A stretch of DNA of 64,000 bases from an uncultured Acidobacteriota bacterium (GTDB taxonomy: Bacteria > Acidobacteriota > Thermoanaerobaculia > Multivoradales > Multivoraceae). The position numbers and the translations under genes were made by a program. Below the pieces are notes generated by a model. The model saw only the letters and a program-made list of their open reading frames with translations. It had not been told where the DNA came from and ran no database searches. The stretch is from positions 65,497-129,496 of the forward strand of contig CAWKPF010000002.1 in NCBI GenBank assembly GCA_963851415.1, in the 5' to 3' direction. This document shows, one piece after another, positions 61,914 through 64,000 of the stretch (position 1 is its first letter; the number at the start of each line of letters is the position of its first letter).

Positions 61914-63484
61914 GATCGGCCGTCTCCATCCTCGCTCAGGGCGGGGTAATCGATCTTCCCGGAAGACAGGCGCGGGAACGATTCCACGAGCTCGATGCGT
62001 CGAGGAACCGCGTGCGGCGGGACGAGAGACCGGAGATGCGCGATGACCTCCCGCGGTTCGAGCATCCTGCCGGCTCGCACCTTGACTGCCGCCTCGATGG
62101 CGCGGCTGTCACCGTCGGGCAGCGCGAACGCGGCGGCCTCCTCGACCGCGGGATGGGCGAGCAGGGCGTGCTCGATCGCTTCGAGCTCGATCCTGTAGCC
62201 CCGGATCTTGACCTGCCGATCCAATCGTCCTACGAACCGGAAGCCATCTCGCTCGAGCACCTCGACCAGGTCCCCGGTCCGGTAGAAGACCTCCTCTCGC
62301 CCGCCATCACGACGGCGCCGGTGGAAAACCTTCTCGTTGAGATCCGGCCGGTTCCAGTAGCCGGCCATAAGGGTGGGGCCACGCACCAGAAGCTCGCCCA
62401 CGGCGCCGATGCCGACCGGCGCACCGTGGTCGTCGACAACGATGCACTCCATCCCCGATGCTGCCTCGCCGATGGGGATCGGGGCTTCGTCGTCTGCGAT
62501 CGGTGGGACGTCGTAGCAGGTACAGCCGTTGGTTTCGGCCGGGCCGTACATGTTGTTGAAGCGAACATCGGGGAGTAGTTCCATGAGGTGGCGCAGGTGC
62601 TTGGTCGGGGTGCTTTCTCCGCCGTAGATGATCCAGCGTAGCTCGCTGAGGTCCTGCTTCTCGAGGGCACCGCGCGTGAGCAGCTGAACGAGGGCGAAGG
62701 GCACGGTGAAGAACACGCTGATGCGCTCCTGCGAAAGGAGGGCCGCGTAGCTCGCCGGCATCTTCGTGTGGGCCTCGGGGACCACCACCGTCGCTGCGCC
62801 GGCCAGGGCGGCAGCGAAATAGTCGAAGATCGACATGTCGAAGTGGAGCGGCGCCTGGTTGGTCAGTCGATCTTCCGGACGGAGGCCATACCTCGTGCAT
62901 GCCCAGCGGCAGAAGGCGAGGCAACTCTCGTGAGTGTGCATGATGCCCTTGGGCCGCCCCGTCGAGCCAGAGGTGTAGATGATGTAGGCGAGGTCATCAC
63001 CGATGACGTCGGGATCCGGCCCAGAATCTTCGGCCGCCGCATGGGCGTCGCTCCACGATTCGGTTCGAACGTCGAGCTCCCCTGGCGCGAGACCCACGAC
63101 CTGCGTCAGCGCGACCCCCTCTTGTTCGAGCACCGCCGCGACCGTGTCCGCCAGTTTCGGGGCGCTCACGAGATGGCGAATACCGCAGTCTCTCAGCACC
63201 TCGGCCAGCTCGGACACCGGGGCAGCGGGATTGAGCGGAACGTAGGCGGCACCCGCACGCAGCACGCCGTGGACGCCGATGCCGGTTTCGGCACTCTTGT
63301 GGAGCAGTATCCCAACGCGGTCGCCACGTCGAACGCCACCGTCGACGAGCAGTCGCGCAAGTCCGTTGGCTTCCCGGGCGAGATCTGACCACGAGAGAGT
63401 GCGCTGCGCGAAACAGACGGCGTCGCGCCCCGAGTGGTGCTCGACGTTGTGACGCAAGACGTCGGGAAGCGTGAGTCTCGTCAT
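61910..63484 (-). CDS. free-standing adenylate-forming enzyme (A-domain/DltA-like)
   Basis: 524 aa. LAYIIYTSGSTGRPKGI, FDMSIFDYF, NMYGPAETNG, YRTGDLV, GRLDRQVKIRGYRIELEAIE, SSGKIDY. Confidence 0.85.
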   Translation of the reverse strand: MTRLTLPDVLRHNVEHHSGRDAVCFAQRTLSWSDLAREANGLARLLVDGGVRRGDRVGILLHKSAETGIGVHGVLRAGAAYVPLNPAAPVSELAEVLRDCGIRHLVSAPKLADTVAAVLEQEGVALTQVVGLAPGELDVRTESWSDAHAAAEDSGPDPDVIGDDLAYIIYTSGSTGRPKGIMHTHESCLAFCRWACTRYGLRPEDRLTNQAPLHFDMSIFDYFAAALAGAATVVVPEAHTKMPASYAALLSQERISVFFTVPFALVQLLTRGALEKQDLSELRWIIYGGESTPTKHLRHLMELLPDVRFNNMYGPAETNGCTCYDVPPIADDEAPIPIGEAASGMECIVVDDHGAPVGIGAVGELLVRGPTLMAGYWNRPDLNEKVFHRRRRDGGREEVFYRTGDLVEVLERDGFRFVGRLDRQVKIRGYRIELEAIEHALLAHPAVEEAAAFALPDGDSRAIEAAVKVRAGRMLEPREVIAHLRSLVPPHAVPRRIELVESFPRLSSGKIDYPALSEDGDGRS

Positions 63485-63486
63485 GG

Positions 63487-64000
63487 TCAGAGTCCGAGTA
63501 GACGTGCGATCGTCAGGCGCTGGATGTCGGAGGTGCCACCCCAGAGCACGGTTCCGATCGAGTCCCGAAGGTCACGCTCACATCCGGTTTCCGTCAGGTA
63601 CCCACGTCCGCCGTGGATTCGCACGGTATCGAGGCCGGACTCGAGGGCGCTCTCGGCAACGAACAGCTTGGCCGCGGCTGCCTCGAGATGGGCCGAGTGC
63701 CCGTTCATCCGGAGAGCTGCGACACGATAGACCAGTAGACGTGCGGCTTCGAGTCGCACCTTCATGTCGGCGATCCGGTTCGACACCGACTGAAACTTGC
63801 CGATCGTCTGCCCGAACTGTCGACGCTGGCGCGCAAACCGAACCGCCGAGAGCAACTCTCGCTCCATCATTCCGACGTGGCTGGCCAGCATGCAGCTGCG
63901 TTCCCAGGCCAGCGAATCCGAAGCGATCGCGAGACCACTCCCTTCCGGTCCGATTCGGCCGTCGTCCGCGGCCAGACAATCCTCGAATGCCAGGGCACCG
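63487..64000 (-). CDS. acyl-CoA dehydrogenase family protein (C-terminal part; gene runs off the window)
   Basis: The frame stays open from 63487 to the window end. It reads ...GSGLAIASDSLAWERSCMLASHVGMMERELLSAVRFARQRRQFGQTIGKFQSV...RIHGGRGY...GGTSDIQRLTIARLLGL, typical of the ACAD C-terminal helical domain. Confidence 0.8.
   Translation of the reverse strand, partial: GALAFEDCLAADDGRIGPEGSGLAIASDSLAWERSCMLASHVGMMERELLSAVRFARQRRQFGQTIGKFQSVSNRIADMKVRLEAARLLVYRVAALRMNGHSAHLEAAAAKLFVAESALESGLDTVRIHGGRGYLTETGCERDLRDSIGTVLWGGTSDIQRLTIARLLGL

Noticed and set aside
61671-64000. Pyrrole-2-carboxyl starter (PltF/PltL/PltE-like prolyl-carrier oxidation)
   Set aside because: The gene trio fits the pattern. 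However, the by-eye specificity residues of the free A enzyme (about D-M-F-F-I-G-M-G-C-K) do not resemble the proline code (DVQLIAHVVK). The idea is kept only as one of several possibilities.
1-64000. CRISPR arrays, rRNA/tRNA genes, insertion sequences, prophage genes
   Set aside because: I saw no regularly spaced direct repeats, no tRNA-like cloverleaf candidates in the short intergenic spacers, and no transposase, integrase or phage structural motifs in any frame I read.

Overview
The window is GC-rich with strong GC3 bias, so many long ORFs in the track are antisense or off-frame shadows. It looks like chromosomal DNA from an Acidobacteriota-like bacterium. The evidence is two PadR + duplicated-FtsX (ADOP-type) permease cassettes and an ECF sigma factor next to a giant Ser/Thr kinase. 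I found no rRNA, tRNA, CRISPR array, transposase or integrase.

Gene order, left to right:
- 0-3.4 kb (-): methyltransferase, pdxH, fhs.
- 3.6-4.3 kb (-): OmpW-like porin.
- 4.5-9.3 kb (+): a sigma54-promoted, translationally coupled four-gene unit (POTRA outer-membrane protein, secreted unknown, histidine kinase, sigma54 activator).
- 9.3-16.9 kb: lipoprotein, NatAB-like ABC pair, PPK2, YfcC-type carrier, DinB-family protein, TPR-like protein.
- 16.9-19.9 kb: PadR/ADOP cassette 1.
- 20.1-31.3 kb: tricorn-like protease, acyl-CoA synthetase, mrpA-G antiporter operon.
- 31.3-34.4 kb: PadR/ADOP cassette 2.
- 34.6-48.1 kb: an accessory, partly decayed patch. It holds a DUF3303-like gene, a VapBC deletion remnant, a DUF234-type ATPase, a truncated orphan RHH antitoxin, a multiply frameshifted kinase-STAND-WD40 pseudogene, an intact RelBE module, the intact 1577-aa kinase-STAND-TM-WD40 paralog and its ECF sigma factor.
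- 48.2-52.9 kb: a TonB-dependent receptor with one frameshift, then a GT4 glycosyltransferase.
- 52.96 kb to the window edge (-): one tightly packed NRPS operon (acyl-CoA dehydrogenase, free adenylating enzyme, carrier protein, two NRPS modules ending in a thioesterase).

The most unusual signal is that both NRPS adenylation domains are interrupted between core motifs A8 and A9. One carries a PP-loop (SGGKDS) ATP-pyrophosphatase domain with zinc-ribbon and Fe-S-like cysteine patterns. The other carries a guanidinoacetate-methyltransferase-like domain. All family assignments are by-eye motif recognition, with no searches run.
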